From: Torpedo marmorata
Taxonomy: Eukaryota
Reading direction: 5' to 3'
Assembly (NCBI GenBank): GCA_977017645.1
Contig: OZ360237.1
Span: 8,618,001 to 8,682,000 of the forward strand
Length of the DNA: 64,000 bases
The number at the start of each line of letters is the position of its first letter. Within the stretch, counting starts at the first letter, position 1. The position numbers and the translations under genes were made by a program. The notes beneath the pieces were generated by a model that ran no database searches, was not told the DNA's origin, and saw only the letters and a program-made list of their open reading frames with translations. This document shows positions 1 through 12,600 of the stretch, piece after piece.

Positions 1-4
1 CTTC

Positions 5-475
5 ACCTACGGTAATTCTTTTTTTAAATATATTTTATTTAAAATTTTAAATCACACAGTACATAGCTTAAACTGCAAAGTTATCAAATTACATGTGATA
101 CATTTTCACCCCCCTTTCCTCCCTCCCTCCCTCCCTCCCTCCCCTCCCTAACCCTCCCGAAAAGAAAGAAAGAGAGAAGAAAAAGATAAAGTAAGGAGAT
201 TGTCACTCTAAACAAAACTACTATAACCTAATTTTATAGTGGAACACAGGTCCGCCAGTCAGATCCAATATGTGGAGATCCTCGCTAGATTAATTAGTTT
301 AATAAACGTGGCACAAAAGAGAGAGGAACTGGCATTAGTATTAACATTAGATGCCGAAAAGGCTTTTGATAGATTAGAGTGGAATTATTTATTTAAGGTA
401 CTGGAAAAATTCGGTTTTGGAAATACATTTATTAATTGGATTAAAACTATATATAAAGAACCTACGGTAATTCTT
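5..475 (-). mobile_element. L1/Tx1-clade LINE, 5'-truncated with 5' inversion: 3'UTR+polyA on - (21-~280), RT fragment on + (~281-459)
   Basis: Direct repeat ACCTACGGTAATTCTT at 5-20 and 460-475. T-run and TTTATT at the left end. The + fragment translates LDAEKAFDRLEWNYLFKVLEKFGFGNTFINWIKTIY (L1 RT motif). The - part resembles the 3'UTR at 45320-45572. Confidence 0.9.
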
Positions 476-2739
476 AAAAAAAACCAATGATTATAGCAGA
501 TTGATTAGTTGAGCAATGACAGCCATTAATTCTCACAGTTGATCTCTGATCTGAGTTGGTTTGCTGGACGGCAAGGAAGCATTTGTATTGAAGAAGAGGT
601 GACATTTCTTGATGCTGCAAATTTTGGTTGCTTGCTTGCAATTATAGTAAGAATGACTAGAGACATTGGTCACAAGCAAAGGGAGACAAAATAATAACTG
701 AAAGTGCAACTCTCAAAAAGGACAAACGAACCTAAAGTAGAGCAGAATACATTTCATGTGACGTGCATAATACTACTGTCAATTTAAACAGTGTGTAATT
801 CAATTAACCATGACCAATACCACAGGAGGTCTGTGAGAATGTATTAAAGGCAATTTCTTCATTTGTACCAGGTGTCACGCACTATTACGTGTACAAAACT
901 ATCAAAAGAATAGGAAAATAGATCAGCCATTGAATGCTTGGCACTTCTATTCCAAGTTCAAAACTAATAGGCCCTTTACAATTAACAAATATCCTAACCA
1001 AACAACAATTAAACCCTAAATAATCTGAATTTCTGTTTACTTAATAACGTTAAATTATGGTTGCCCTAATGAAAGAAAGGCTATACTTGATCAGGATAAT
1101 ACATTGTGTTCTGCTTGGCATAAAATGGTTCCCATTACACAGCACCTCATCTGCTTTGCTGCAAACCACAGCATTGGAGATCCACTAATGCAATATGGAA
1201 ATCTCACACTCCAGACGTCACCCTCCAGATGTTATAGGATATTAAAGATGCAGAATCATCTCCTAAAGCTAGGTGCTTCTGATGTGTACTTCTCACATGC
1301 AGCTTGAAATTGCTAAGCACATAACCTGCAAAGTTTCTTGGATAAACACCAATTAAATTTGAATAATCTGTTATTTAACAATAACACTGGACAACAATTT
1401 TTTTCTAAAGGTTTTCTTCCTGGAAAAAATTGGGGATTATGATAGACAATTTCAAGATGAACGCAAAGATAATTTCAGATTCGCTGTATCGCATACGAAG
1501 TTGGAGAAACATTAAATTAAATTAACTTTTCTTGAATTTAGCATGTTTAATCATATAATGATGCTGACAATGCGTTAGTTCAACTAACCTAAAAATGTTT
1601 TGCTGCTGATTTTCATTTGTACTCAGCCTCTGATGCCTCTCGTGTCAGTGTCCAACAATAGTCAGCCAGCATTAATGGATTCCAGTTGCCCTGTTCGTCG
1701 CTGACTGCTACAAGGTCAGCAGGGAAGAAGTCCAAGTGCGAATGGAGAAAATGAATTTTGCAATGACATGTTGCACTTCATGGTTTTTTTTGTATGCTTG
1801 AAGTAGACTTAAAATATGACAGGAAATCCCAAAAATAAGTATATCTAAAAAACAGTATGTGATAGGAAAATGTAAAGGTGATTTTCATAATCAGCAGCCG
1901 AAAGTCCATAAAAAAACACCCAAAAGTGTTCAGGAAGCAAAATCTTCATTGTCCAGTGTAATTACACTATCACCTTTGCTTTAAGAGCATGATACCATGT
2001 GTTACAAATTATAACATTTCTATTTTACAATAGAGTTTAGCACTTTATGCAACTTCAAGTGAAACCTATCAGTTTATAATAAAAAAAATCAGGTGTATGG
2101 TTCATGTATATCTACCCTTTTATCAAATTTCTCTCAAGGTGTTGTTGACCATAGAACATTACAAGCACAGAACCAGGCCCCTTTGGCCCTTCTAGTCTGT
2201 GCAGACCAATTTATTTGCCTAGTCCCACTGACCTGCACCCAGTCCATAGCCCTCCATACCTCTTCCATCCATGTACCTGTCCAAATTCTTCTTAAATGTT
2301 AAAATTGAGCCCGCATTCACCACTTCAGCTGGCAGTTCATTCCCCACTCCCACCACTCTATGTGTGAAGAAGTTCCCCCTCATGTTCTCCCTAAACATTT
2401 CCCCTTTCATCGTTAACCCATGTCCTCTGGTTTGTATCTCACCTACCCTCAGTGGAAAAAGCCTATCTACATTTACTCTGTCTATCCCCCTCATAATTTT
2501 AATTACCTCTATCAAATCTCCCCTCATTCTTCCGCACTCCAGGGAATAAAGTCCTAACCTGTTTAACCTTTCCATGTAACTCAGTTCCTGAAGTTCAGGC
2601 AACATCCTTGTAAATCATCTCTGCACTTTTTCTATCTTTCCTGTAGTTAGGTGACCAAAACTGCACACAATACTCCAGATTTGGCCTCACCAATGTCTTA
2701 TACAACTTTACCAGAACACCCCAACTCCTTTACTCAGTA

Positions 2740-3389
2740 GTAAATCATGAAAATCTGTAGACACTGTGGTTGAAGTAAAAAACACAAATGCTGGAGAAAC
2801 TCAGCAGGTCAAACAGTGTCTACAGTGTCTCCCTTTGTGGCATTCTCTACATCGGAGAGACTGGTCGTAGATTGGGAGATTGATTCGCTGAGCACCTCTT
2901 CTCCATCCGCAACAACAGCGACCTCCCAGTAGCCAACCATTTCAATTACGAGTCACACTCCCACACTCTCATGTCTGTCCATGGCCTTATGTACTATCCC
3001 ACCCAGACTACCCGCAAATTGGAGGAACAACATCTTATTTTCCGTCTGGGCACTCTACAGCTAGATGGCATTAACATTGACTTTTCTGCTTTCCACTAAA
3101 CCTGCTTGCCTTTTCCTTCCCCTCCCCCCTTACCTGTCCTTCCAGTTTTTTTCCACCCACCCAGCCATCCCTCCTCCCCCTCTTTGCTGCTGTCCCCTCC
3201 CTCCTTTCTCCACCTATCATCTCCTGCCTTTGCCACCCCCCTTCCCCCACCTCACTCTTTTGTTCGGATGCCTGCCGGTATTTTCTCATACTTTGATGAA
3301 GGGCTCAAGCCCGAAACGTCGGTTATGTATTTCTACCTTTGCTACATAAAATACACTGTTTGACCTGTTGTGTTTCTCCAGCGTTTGTG
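2740..3389 (+). mobile_element. Penelope-like element fragment (GIY-YIG C-terminus + terminal repeat) with an inverted terminal-repeat piece at its 5' end
   Basis: 2830-3090 encodes degenerate LYIGETGRRLGD..AEHL..HFN..RKLEEQHLIFRLGTLQ.DGIN. 2780-2819 is the reverse complement of 3353-3390. TSD TCCTTTACTCAGTA at 2726-2739 and 3390-3403. Confidence 0.88.
3287..3327 (+). ncRNA. Minimal type-I hammerhead ribozyme-like motif in Penelope terminal repeat
   Basis: TTGATGA-A-GGGC-TCAA-GCCC-GAAA-CGTC: core boxes with C3>U and one extra nucleotide, 4-bp stem II, palindromic ACGT stem III. Flanks CATACT/GGTTATG can form stem I. Confidence 0.6.
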
Positions 3390-4641
3390 TCCTTTACTCA
3401 GTACTTTTATTTATGAAGGCCAATATGCCAAAAGCTCTCTTTACAACCCTGTCCACCTGTGACACCACTTTCAGGGAATTATGTATCTGTATTTCCAGGT
3501 CCCTCTATTCTACTGCACTCCTCAGTGCCCTACCATTCATCTTGTACGTCCTTTCTTGGTTTGTCCTTCCAAAATACAACACCTCGCACTTGTCTGCATT
3601 AAATTCCATCTGCCAATTTTCAGCCCATTTTTCCAGCTGGTCCAGATCCCTCTGCAAGCTTTGAAAACCTTCTTCGCTGTTCTTAGTGTCATCTGCAAAC
3701 TTGCTGATCCAATTGACCACATTATCACCCAGATCATTGATATAGATGACAAACAACAATGGTCCCAGCACCGATCCCTGAGGCACACCACTAGTCACAG
3801 GCCTCCAGTCTGAGAAGCAATCTTCCACCACTCCTCTCTGGCTTCTCCCGTCCAGCCATTGTCGAATCCAGTTCACTACTTCACCATGAATACCTAGCGT
3901 CTGAACCTTCCTGAATAACCTCCCATGTGGGACCTTGTCAAAGGCCTTACTAAAGTGCACGTAGACAACATCCACAGCCTTTCCTTCAACAACTTTCCTG
4001 GTAACCTCCTCGAAAAACTCTAAGATTGGTAAAACACAACCTACCATGCTTAAAGCCATGTTGACTATCCCTAATCAGTTTCTGGCTATCCAAATAATTG
4101 TACGGTATATCCGATCTCTTAGAACACCTTCCAATAATTTACCTACTACTGACGTCAGGCTCACCGGTCTATAATTTCCAGGGTTACTTTTGGAGCCTTT
4201 TTTAAGCAATGGAACAACGTGAGCTACCCTCCAATCCTCCGGCACCACACCTGTGGCTAAGGGCATTTTAAATATTTCTGCCAGAGCCCCTGAAATTTCT
4301 ACACTAGTCTCTCTCAAGGTCCGAGGGAATAAGTTGTCAGGCCCTGGGGATTTATCCACCCTTATTTGCTTTAAGACAGTAAGCACTTCTTCCTCTTTAA
4401 TCTGTATAGGTTCCATGACCTCACTGCTTGTTTTCTTTAATTCCCACGACTCTGTGCCCGTTTCCTGAGTGAATACTGATGAAAATAAACATTTAAAATC
4501 TCCCCCATCTCTTTTGGTTCCATACAAAGCCAACCACTCTGATCTTCAATGGGACCAATTTTGTCCCTTACTATCCTTTTGCTCTTAATATACCTGTAGA
4601 AACCCTTAGGATTTTCCTTCACCTTGTCTGCTAAAGCAACC

Positions 4642-5604
4642 TGTTACGTCACAGACCAGCAGCAATAGAAATTCGCCAAGATCGTGTTATTTATCTAACT
4701 TATCTAAACTTAACCCCCAACTATGCGCGAATAGACATATATGTATGTGTGTGTGTGATACCCAAAACCATTACAGCTTAGGCACAATTCTGGAAAGTAA
4801 TTTCAAAGTCGGGTTTAGACATCCAGTGTTTACATGAAGACTCTTAAACTGATGCAAAGAAGTGATTACGAATGAGGTGGGAGAGACCGAGTGACAGACT
4901 GCCGATAATTCACGAAACCTTGTCGAGTTACTTCCAGAGCGAATGTCCTTTCAGACGAGTGGTGGTCACAACTCCCCTTTTCCTGTTGTAGGGGAACTGA
5001 AACGAGTGACTTTCACAATACTTCCAGAACCCAGACGCGGGTCAGTCCAAAATGACCATCACAATGGTCACGGTCCAAATGCATTATTTCTCCTGCTTCC
5101 AATACCCAAATACAGGCCAGTCAAAGTGATCTTTCCTTTGGTCATGGTGGGATTTAATAATTCCCCTTCAAAATAACCTTTCTTTTGGTCACGGTGTGGT
5201 ACACTAATTCCCCTTCAAAATGCCACTTCCTTTGGTCACGGTGGGGATCAAAACTTCTCCTGACAAGGAGAAACAAACAAATTGTCCATTACCACACAGA
5301 GCCACTGAAGCACAGTGTTCCTTCAGATGGCTGCTGCTTGAAAGTGCTATTCCTTTAAAATGGCCCCTGATCACCAAGTGTGTTGTTCCTTTATGTTTCA
5401 CTCACATGTCTCTCCACACTGGGCCTGGATAAAAACAATAAATGTTCCTTCGCTTCCTCCAGAGGATAAACCTTGGGCACAGTCTGTACCTGATTGTTCC
5501 CAACTCAGTTCTCTCCATAGTTGTGAATGGTTGCAGCTTATACTAGCCCTCAATTTGTTAACCCTTAAAGTGACAGTCATACTAAAATGAAATGCCTCGT
5601 AATA
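4642..5604. mobile_element. Solo LTR (probably Gypsy-type) inserted in CR1
   Basis: Ends TGTTACG...CGTAATA (inverted termini, terminal CA mutated to TA). 4-bp TSD AACC at 4638-4641 and 5605-5608. CR1 is continuous once it is removed. Internal ~55-60 bp tandem repeat at 5131-5248. Confidence 0.85.
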
Positions 5605-6769
5605 AACCTCATGTCTTCCATTAGCCTTCCTGATTTCTTTCTTGAGGTTTTTGTTGCATTTTTATACTCCTCAAGTACCTCATTTGCTCCATTTTGCCGA
5701 TACCTGCTATACACCTCTCTCTTCTTCTGAACCAGATCCCCAATATCCCTCAAAAACCAAGGTGTCCTATGCCTGATAACCTTGCCTTTATACCTGACAG
5801 GAAAATACAAACTCTGCACTCTCAAAATTTCACCTTTGAAGGTCTTCGAATGATGGTATAAAGTTTCTTGGGTGCTGGCTGCTGGAAGACATTTTACTAA
5901 ATGGCCACTCCTTCTAAATGAGCCCAGAGATAGTCCATCAGTAGATCATTTGAATATTTCAGTGCTATTGTAATATTAAGCATGAATCTTGAGTTGCCCT
6001 GTGTGCACTCTTTTATACTTTACCCTCATGGGCAGTGGTTAGCAATGAGAATCGTGGTTAGTTAATGCTGCTTTAACAGAGGAAAGCAAAGCCAATTTAG
6101 CACCCATAGAAGTGTTCATATTAAAATCAATCGACTGAGTACAGCCAAGGAAATAAGCCTCAGAAAGGCTGTTCCCATGACACTGGAGTGCGTTGTGGGC
6201 TGGTTCCATTTGCCTGCATTTGTTCCTTATCCTTCTGAACCCTTCCTATCCATACATCCATCCAAAATGTCTTCCGGAGCCAGGAAAAAAGAGAAGAGAC
6301 CTCATTAGTGCTCTCTCCAGAAAATGCCTGGCCTCTCTGTTTCCATGAGGATGAACACTTGTGTCCTTCCCAGGAACATGTCACAGGCCATCGGGAACAT
6401 CCATTGGTGATCCTCAACCATCTCAACATTGAAGGAGGGCAGCATTTCCTATTGAGAAAAAGGTTCAGGTTATTAATGAGAGCACTTAATGGACACATTA
6501 ATGCTGCGTGCATTCTTAGTAATCCAGAAATGTCGGCATATCTGAGTGCTTGAGTTTGACCAATAGAAAGACGAGCGTACGGTGTAATGTCTTCCTGCAG
6601 AACATCATATACATCAGCTATGACCAACTTGGCAATGTATTCTCAGTTTGTATTCTTAATTGTTCAATGAAGGTAATATGTGGCGCCCAGAAGCTCTAAT
6701 ACATGTCAGTTTGGTGCGGGGTGGGGAACGTTCAATGTATGTCATGTGCATTGTTCAAAGTTCAGATTT

Positions 6770-6806
6770 ATTGTCAGAGTACATGCATGACATCACATAC
6801 AACCCT
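6770..6806 (-). mobile_element. Rex1-type 3' tail fragment
   Basis: Reverse complement resembles the 3' end of the Rex1 copy at 52165-52217 (AGGGTTGTATGTGATG..ATGTACTC..ACAATAAATC). Confidence 0.6.
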
Positions 6807-8074
6807 AATGTGAATTGTATATGGAAGTGCCTTGTCCGAATTTCCCAATGGGCGCAATTTCACTGAAGCACCCTCTAAACTGGGTTTAGTTTCTTCAATG
6901 AATGGTTTGTGCATGAGAGGTTCTTTATTGATCCACTTTTAAGCCACTGTCTATAATAAACATTGCCAGCTTTATCAAGCAATTGCTCTTCTGCTTTCTT
7001 TCATTGTTCTTGCCCAACCCACCTCTAACTTACCAGTTCTCTTTTCTTTCCACCCATTGGAACTTTCATTTGCTTGATTCTTCATCTTGACCCTGTTTCC
7101 TAATCCCACCTGAACTCCTCACCTCAGCTGTAACTGTGTCCTGGTGCCCAACATATCCCCCTTCTCCTTTGCAACATGCTGCCCACTGAACAGAATCTCC
7201 CAGAGCTGCTTCTTTTCAACCCCATAACTTGAATCCTTGTCACTTGTCCATTGCTGGTCCCTTTCTATCCTAATTTCCCTGTGATATACCCAAGTTTTAA
7301 CTCAGTAAGACTCCTTTCATGAATATGATTCTTTACCCCAACCTGATTCTGCCTGGTTTTTCCTCTCTGCCACCATCTCTTGTTTGGGGTGGGGGGTCTC
7401 CTAAATGTTGGTATATATGATTAGGGAAGGAGAATAAAGAGCAGAAATGAGGGATTAAGTGTGCAGCTTGGTTTAGAAGTTTCCCTTTATAACACAGTGT
7501 TATGGTCACCCGGCAGCAATTCATTAGCATTTCCCTCAGCCCCTCTTCCTCACAAAAAAATCTGCACCACATGCTAATTAGAGGTTTTGAAACTAAGCAA
7601 CCTGTGCAAAATCAGACATTTTAATTTGCAGGTTTAATGGCTGTATTATGATAACTGGCTTTGAAATGTGCTTCTCGTGTTCCATCAGTGTACACCAGAT
7701 TAACAGAGGCTGACAAAATTAAAAAACTTACAATGTGACCTTTGCCTGGGATAAAAGGCTGTTTCATAACAATTTCCTTTTGTTCTTTGTTTGAGCTATT
7801 ACTCCAAAAGGAGACTCCGTTTAATCTAAGTAAATGCATCATTACAGGCCTAATCCATGTCCTTCTGTCAATGTCTGCTTTAATTAAATGAGAAATACCA
7901 GCAAAAGGATCTCACACACATGGTTACGATTGGAGTGGGAAAGACTGGTTGATAAGACCAAGAAGAAACCAAGATTTCATTCAACTATTTTTTTCTTTGT
8001 GTCCATTTCTCTGGTTGCCAGTTTAGTATGCAAAGGACTCTTCGACTAAAGTGATATAAAATGCTGAAAATGCT

Positions 8075-8357
8075 GGGCGGCATGGTTAGCGTAGCGATTA
8101 GCGCAACGCTGTTATAGCTCCAGCGACCGGGGTTCCAATCATTGAATTTCATGACTTGTTCATGACAATAAATTCTGATTCTGATTCTGTCTGTAAGGGG
8201 TTTGTACGTTCTCCTCATGTCTGCGTGGGTTCTCCCCGGGGGCTCTGGTTTCCTCCCACGGTTCAAAACGTACCGGGGTTGTAGGTTAATTGGGTGTAAT
8301 TGGGCAGCACGGGCTCGAGGGCCGGAAGGGCCTGTTACCATGCTGTATGTCTAAAAA
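8075..8357 (+). mobile_element. tRNA-derived V-SINE (HE1-like) carrying a ~46-bp Rex1 tail insertion
   Basis: A/B-box-like head, V-domain (GTTCTCC..GTCTGCGTGGGTT..CCGG..GCTC.GGTTTCCTCCCAC) and CR1-like tail. Extra sequence at 8141-8186. Confidence 0.9.
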
Positions 8358-9613
8358 ATTTTTAATTCACTTAGTTTTGCTGCTTGTTCCCCTTCATATG
8401 GTTATTAAATAAATTTGGTTGTATATTGTTATGAGATGACAAAGCTATCAATAGTTTCAGATTGTTAGGAACTATAATCACAGACGACCAAAATGGGTAA
8501 TACGCTACACTCTTAAACACTGTTGCAATATTTGTGATAAAAATATATCAGGTTCAATAACAGGACATGGTTGTCTTATTGACAGAAAAGTCCAATGGGT
8601 TTTGCTCTGTTAATACAGTATAAAGAAAATAGTCTGAACACATTTAACAAAGATAATACTTTAAAGATAGGAATCTTTAAACAGTGTTTTTCAACCTTTC
8701 TTTATGGATGACCTTTGTGTTAAGATTGCCACCCTTGCAATTATTAGTTCTTTCCCAAAGAGACCTTGTAACCACCAACAAACCTTTGGCCCAATTGCTG
8801 GCTCTGGTGCACTCCTGAGTGACTTTTGAAAATGCTACTACCAATTCTGTTAATATTAAACATTTTTTCAGAAAAACTTTAACTTCCTAACATTAACTTC
8901 CATAGGGGCTCCTTCTGGACATTGAAAATGCACTGAAATATTGGCCTTCTCTCAGAGATTTATCACTGCCGAAGATCCTATTAGATGACCAGTAAATCTG
9001 ACAGCATTTTGAAGACAAGCTAGAGTATTCACAGCAGTAAACTGGCCAAAATCTACCCCTCAGGCACCTCAGTAATCCATTTTATGTGGCCATTAACCCA
9101 TTAATGTATATGAGGCCTTGTTCTCCACTTAAGTGTTGTGTTTTCCATGTTACAACAGGAATTACAATTCAAAGTTATTTTATTTCTGTGATATGCTCAT
9201 CTTTGTCAACTTTTGACATTTGTTGATAGATTGCACTCCAGCTATTTGCTGGTATGAGCTTTGCTGATGCCCAATGACAGTATAAAATTTGTGGACTAAA
9301 TTTGAGAGCTGATGCCAACTGATGTAATAGAAGCCATCTATGGCATCTCGAATCTCCTGCCAGAAATAACTACAAGCTTAAAAGGAAAATTCTACGATAG
9401 ACTCTTTTTGGCTTTTGGCTTGCCGGCTCTTCATCATTGATTTAGGCTGGAATTTTAGGTTCTTTGTGTTCATGTAAAAGAAGTAGAGTAGCATATAATA
9501 AATGTTTTAAAAGGAATTTTGACAGGAGACAATAAAATGAGGCATCTTGCCTTTGTTAGCCTGCTGGTCAAGTATTCCAGTGTTTCACCTCCATCTCTTG
9601 AGGAAAACTGAAG

Positions 9614-12600
9614 CAGAATTAGAATCAGAATTTTATTGTCATGAACAAGTCATGAAATTCGGTGTTTTGCGGCAGCATCACAGTGCAAACATTCATATTA
9701 TAACCATCTTACGACATTACTATAAAAAAAAATATAAATAATAGTGCACGAAAAGTAAGGCAGTGTCTTTGGTTCATTGATTATTCAGGAATCTGATGGC
9801 AGCAGGGTAGAAGCTGTCCTTGTGCCGTTGAGTGCTCATCTTTAGGCTCCTGTACCTTTTTCCCGATGGTAGCAGAGTGAAGAGGGCATGGCCTGGGTGT
9901 TGGGGGTCTTTGAGGCAAGAGGCTTTTTTAAGACACCGCCTCATGTAGATGTCCTCGATGGAGTGAAGTCTGGTGCCCGTGATGTCACAGGCCGAGTTAA
10001 CAACCCTCTGGAGTTTACTCTTGTCCTGAGAGTTGGCGCCTCCATACCAGGCAGTGATGCAACCAGCCAGAATGCTCTCCACGGTACACCTGTAGAAGTT
10101 TACGAGAGTCTTCGGTGACATACCGAATCTCCTCAGACCCCTCACAAAGTATAGCCGCTGGCGAGCCTTCTTTGTGATTACATCAACGTGGAGGCTCCAG
10201 GACAGATCCTCGGAGATGTTAACACCCAGAGATATGAAGTTCTTGACCCTCTCTACTACTGAGCCCATGATGAGGACTGGGTCGTGTTCCCCTGACTTCC
10301 TCCTGAAGCCCACAATCATCTCCTTGGTTTTGCTGACGTTGAGCTCAAGGTTGTTGTCTTTACACCATTCAACGTGCTGATCTATCTCCCTCCTGTACGT
10401 TTCCTCATTGCCGATTGTGATTCTGCCAACAACTGTGGTGTCATCGGCAAACTTGTAGATGGCATTGGAATTGTGCCTGGCCACACAGTCATGGGTGTAT
10501 AATGAGTAGAGCAGTGGGCTAAGCACGCATCCTTGTGGTGCGCCTGTGTTGATAATCAGTGAGGAGGTGACGTTGTTTACAATTCGTACTAACTGTGGTC
10601 TTCCGATGAGAAAGTCAAGGATCCAGTTGCAGAGGGGTGTACGGAGGCCGAGAGTTTGTAGCTTCTTGACCAGCACTGAAGGAATAATGGTATTGAAGGC
10701 CGAGCTGTAGTCGATGAATAGCAGCCATATGTATGAATTGCTGTTTTCGAGGTGATCCAGAGCTGAGTGGAGAGCCAGAGGTATTGCATCTGCTGTGGAG
10801 CAATTGTGACGATATGCAAATTGTAGTGGGTCCAGATCTTTGCTTATGTACGTATTAATTCTGGCCATGACCAGCCTTTCAAAGCATTTCATCACAGTAG
10901 AAGTTAGTGCTACTGGGCGATAGTCGTTGAGGCAGCTCACACTGCTCTTCTTGGGTACCGGGATGATTGATGCCCTTTTGAAGCAGGTGGGAACCTCTGA
11001 CTGCCGCAATGAAAGATTGAAAATGTCCGCGAACACTCCGGCTAGTTGGTTGGCGCAGATTTTCAGTACCCTGCCAGGTACGCCGTCAGGGCCTGACGCC
11101 TTGCGAGGGTTCACCCTCTTGAATGATGTTCTGACGTCGCCCTCAGGGACAGCTATCACAAGGTCCTCAGTCTTTTCAGGGATTCTAGTAGGCACTGTTT
11201 GGTTCTTCTTCTCAAAGCGGGCATAGAAGGTGTTCAGCTCATCGGGCAGTGAAGCATCACCGCCGTCTATAGTGTTCGCCCTCGCTTTGTAGGTTGTAAT
11301 GGCCTGCACTCCATGCCATAGCTGGCGTGTATCTGTCTATGTCTCTAGCTTCCTCTGGAATTGCCACTTTGCTTCAGAGATTGCCTTCCGCAGGTCGTGC
11401 CTGGACCTCTTGTAAAGATCCTGATCCTCAGCCTTAAATGCCCTTGTTCTCGCCCTCAGCAGGTTGCGAATTCTCTGATTCATCCAGGGCTTCTGGTTGG
11501 GGAACACCCGGTATTTGCGCGTGGGCACACACTCATCCACGCAGGTCTTGATGAAGTCAGTGACACCTGTTGCATATTCATTCAGGTCTATGGATGAGTT
11601 CTTGAATATGTTCCACTCCACCGATTCAAAGCAGTCCTGCAGACGCTCCTCCACCTCCCGCGACCATACTTTTGCCGTCCTCACCACTGGTGCTGTGGTC
11701 TTCAGTCTCTGCTTGTACGCCAGGAGTAGAAGTACAGCTAGGTAATCAGACTTGCCGAAGTGCGGTCGTGGTATGGCTCGGTATGCGTTCTTCACGGTGG
11801 TGTAGCAGTAGTCAAGTCAAGTCACCTTTATTTGTCGTTCATTACCATATACACAGTAAGAAGATATAGCGTTTCTCCAGGACCATGGGCAGATGTACAT
11901 AAATATCATAATACAATAGAAAAACGATAACATGCTAATTCACATATATATCTAGGAATTGAGGAGCCTGATGGCTTGGGGGAAAAAACTGTTGCACAGT
12001 CTGGACGTACGAGCCCGAGTGCTTCGGTACCTCCTTCCAGATGGCAAAAGGGAAAACAGTTTACCAAAGGGATGTGAGAAGTCCTTCACAATGTTTTTAG
12101 CCTTCTTTATGCATCGTGTGTTGTAGATGTCTGTCATGGTGGGGAGAGAGACTCCAATAATTTTCTCCGCTGACCCCACTATCCTCTGCAAGGTCTTTCG
12201 GTCCGAGATGGTACAGTTTCCAAACCAAGCGGTGATGCAATTGCTCAGAATACTCTCAATACATCCCCTGTAGAATGTAGTAAGGATAGGGGGTGGAAGA
12301 TGAAATTTCCTCAGCCTTCGCAGGAAGTAAAGATGCTGCTGGGCTTTCTTGACTATGGAACTGGTGTTTAGGGACCAGCTGAGACTCTCCGCCAAGTGCA
12401 CTCCAAGAAACTTGGTTCTCTTTACGACCTCAACGGTAGAGCCGTCCATGGTCAATGGAGAATGATCCCCCCGGGCCCTTCTGAAGTCGACAACCAACTC
12501 TTTCGTTTTGTTTGCATTCAGATGCAGGTTATTGGCTCCGCACCATTCCATTAGCGACTGCACCTCATCTCTGTATGCTGACTCATCGTTCTTACTGATA

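Larger units (their letters stand above)
2149..5845 (-). mobile_element. CR1 LINE (ORF2 RT and C-terminus, degenerate), interrupted by a Penelope insertion (2740-3389) and a solo LTR (4642-5604)
   Basis: ORF pieces 5577-5825, 4437-4622, 4075-4533, 3505-4059 (SGVPQGSVLGPLLF, KFADDTK) and 2219-2605 (RMRGDLIEV, TRGH, FFTHRVV). Colinear with the CR1 at 39956-42727. Confidence 0.95.

Noticed and set aside
239-490. 83-aa ORF as a gene
   Set aside because: Chimera of antisense L1 3'UTR, an inverted RT fragment and the TSD.
5131-5248. CRISPR-like repeat-spacer pattern
   Set aside because: Short degenerate tandem repeat within an LTR in eukaryotic DNA; no cas genes or unique spacers.
6160-6627. 155-aa - strand ORF
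   Set aside because: No recognisable domain; its end runs into an old CR1-like tail remnant; no convincing splice signals.
8075-8140. tRNA gene
   Set aside because: The tRNA-like A/B boxes are the head of a SINE found in many copies; no full cloverleaf.
9888-11745. Multiple + strand ORFs of 68-99 aa
   Set aside because: Antisense shadows of the Rex1 ORF; the same applies to shadows over the CR1 copies.
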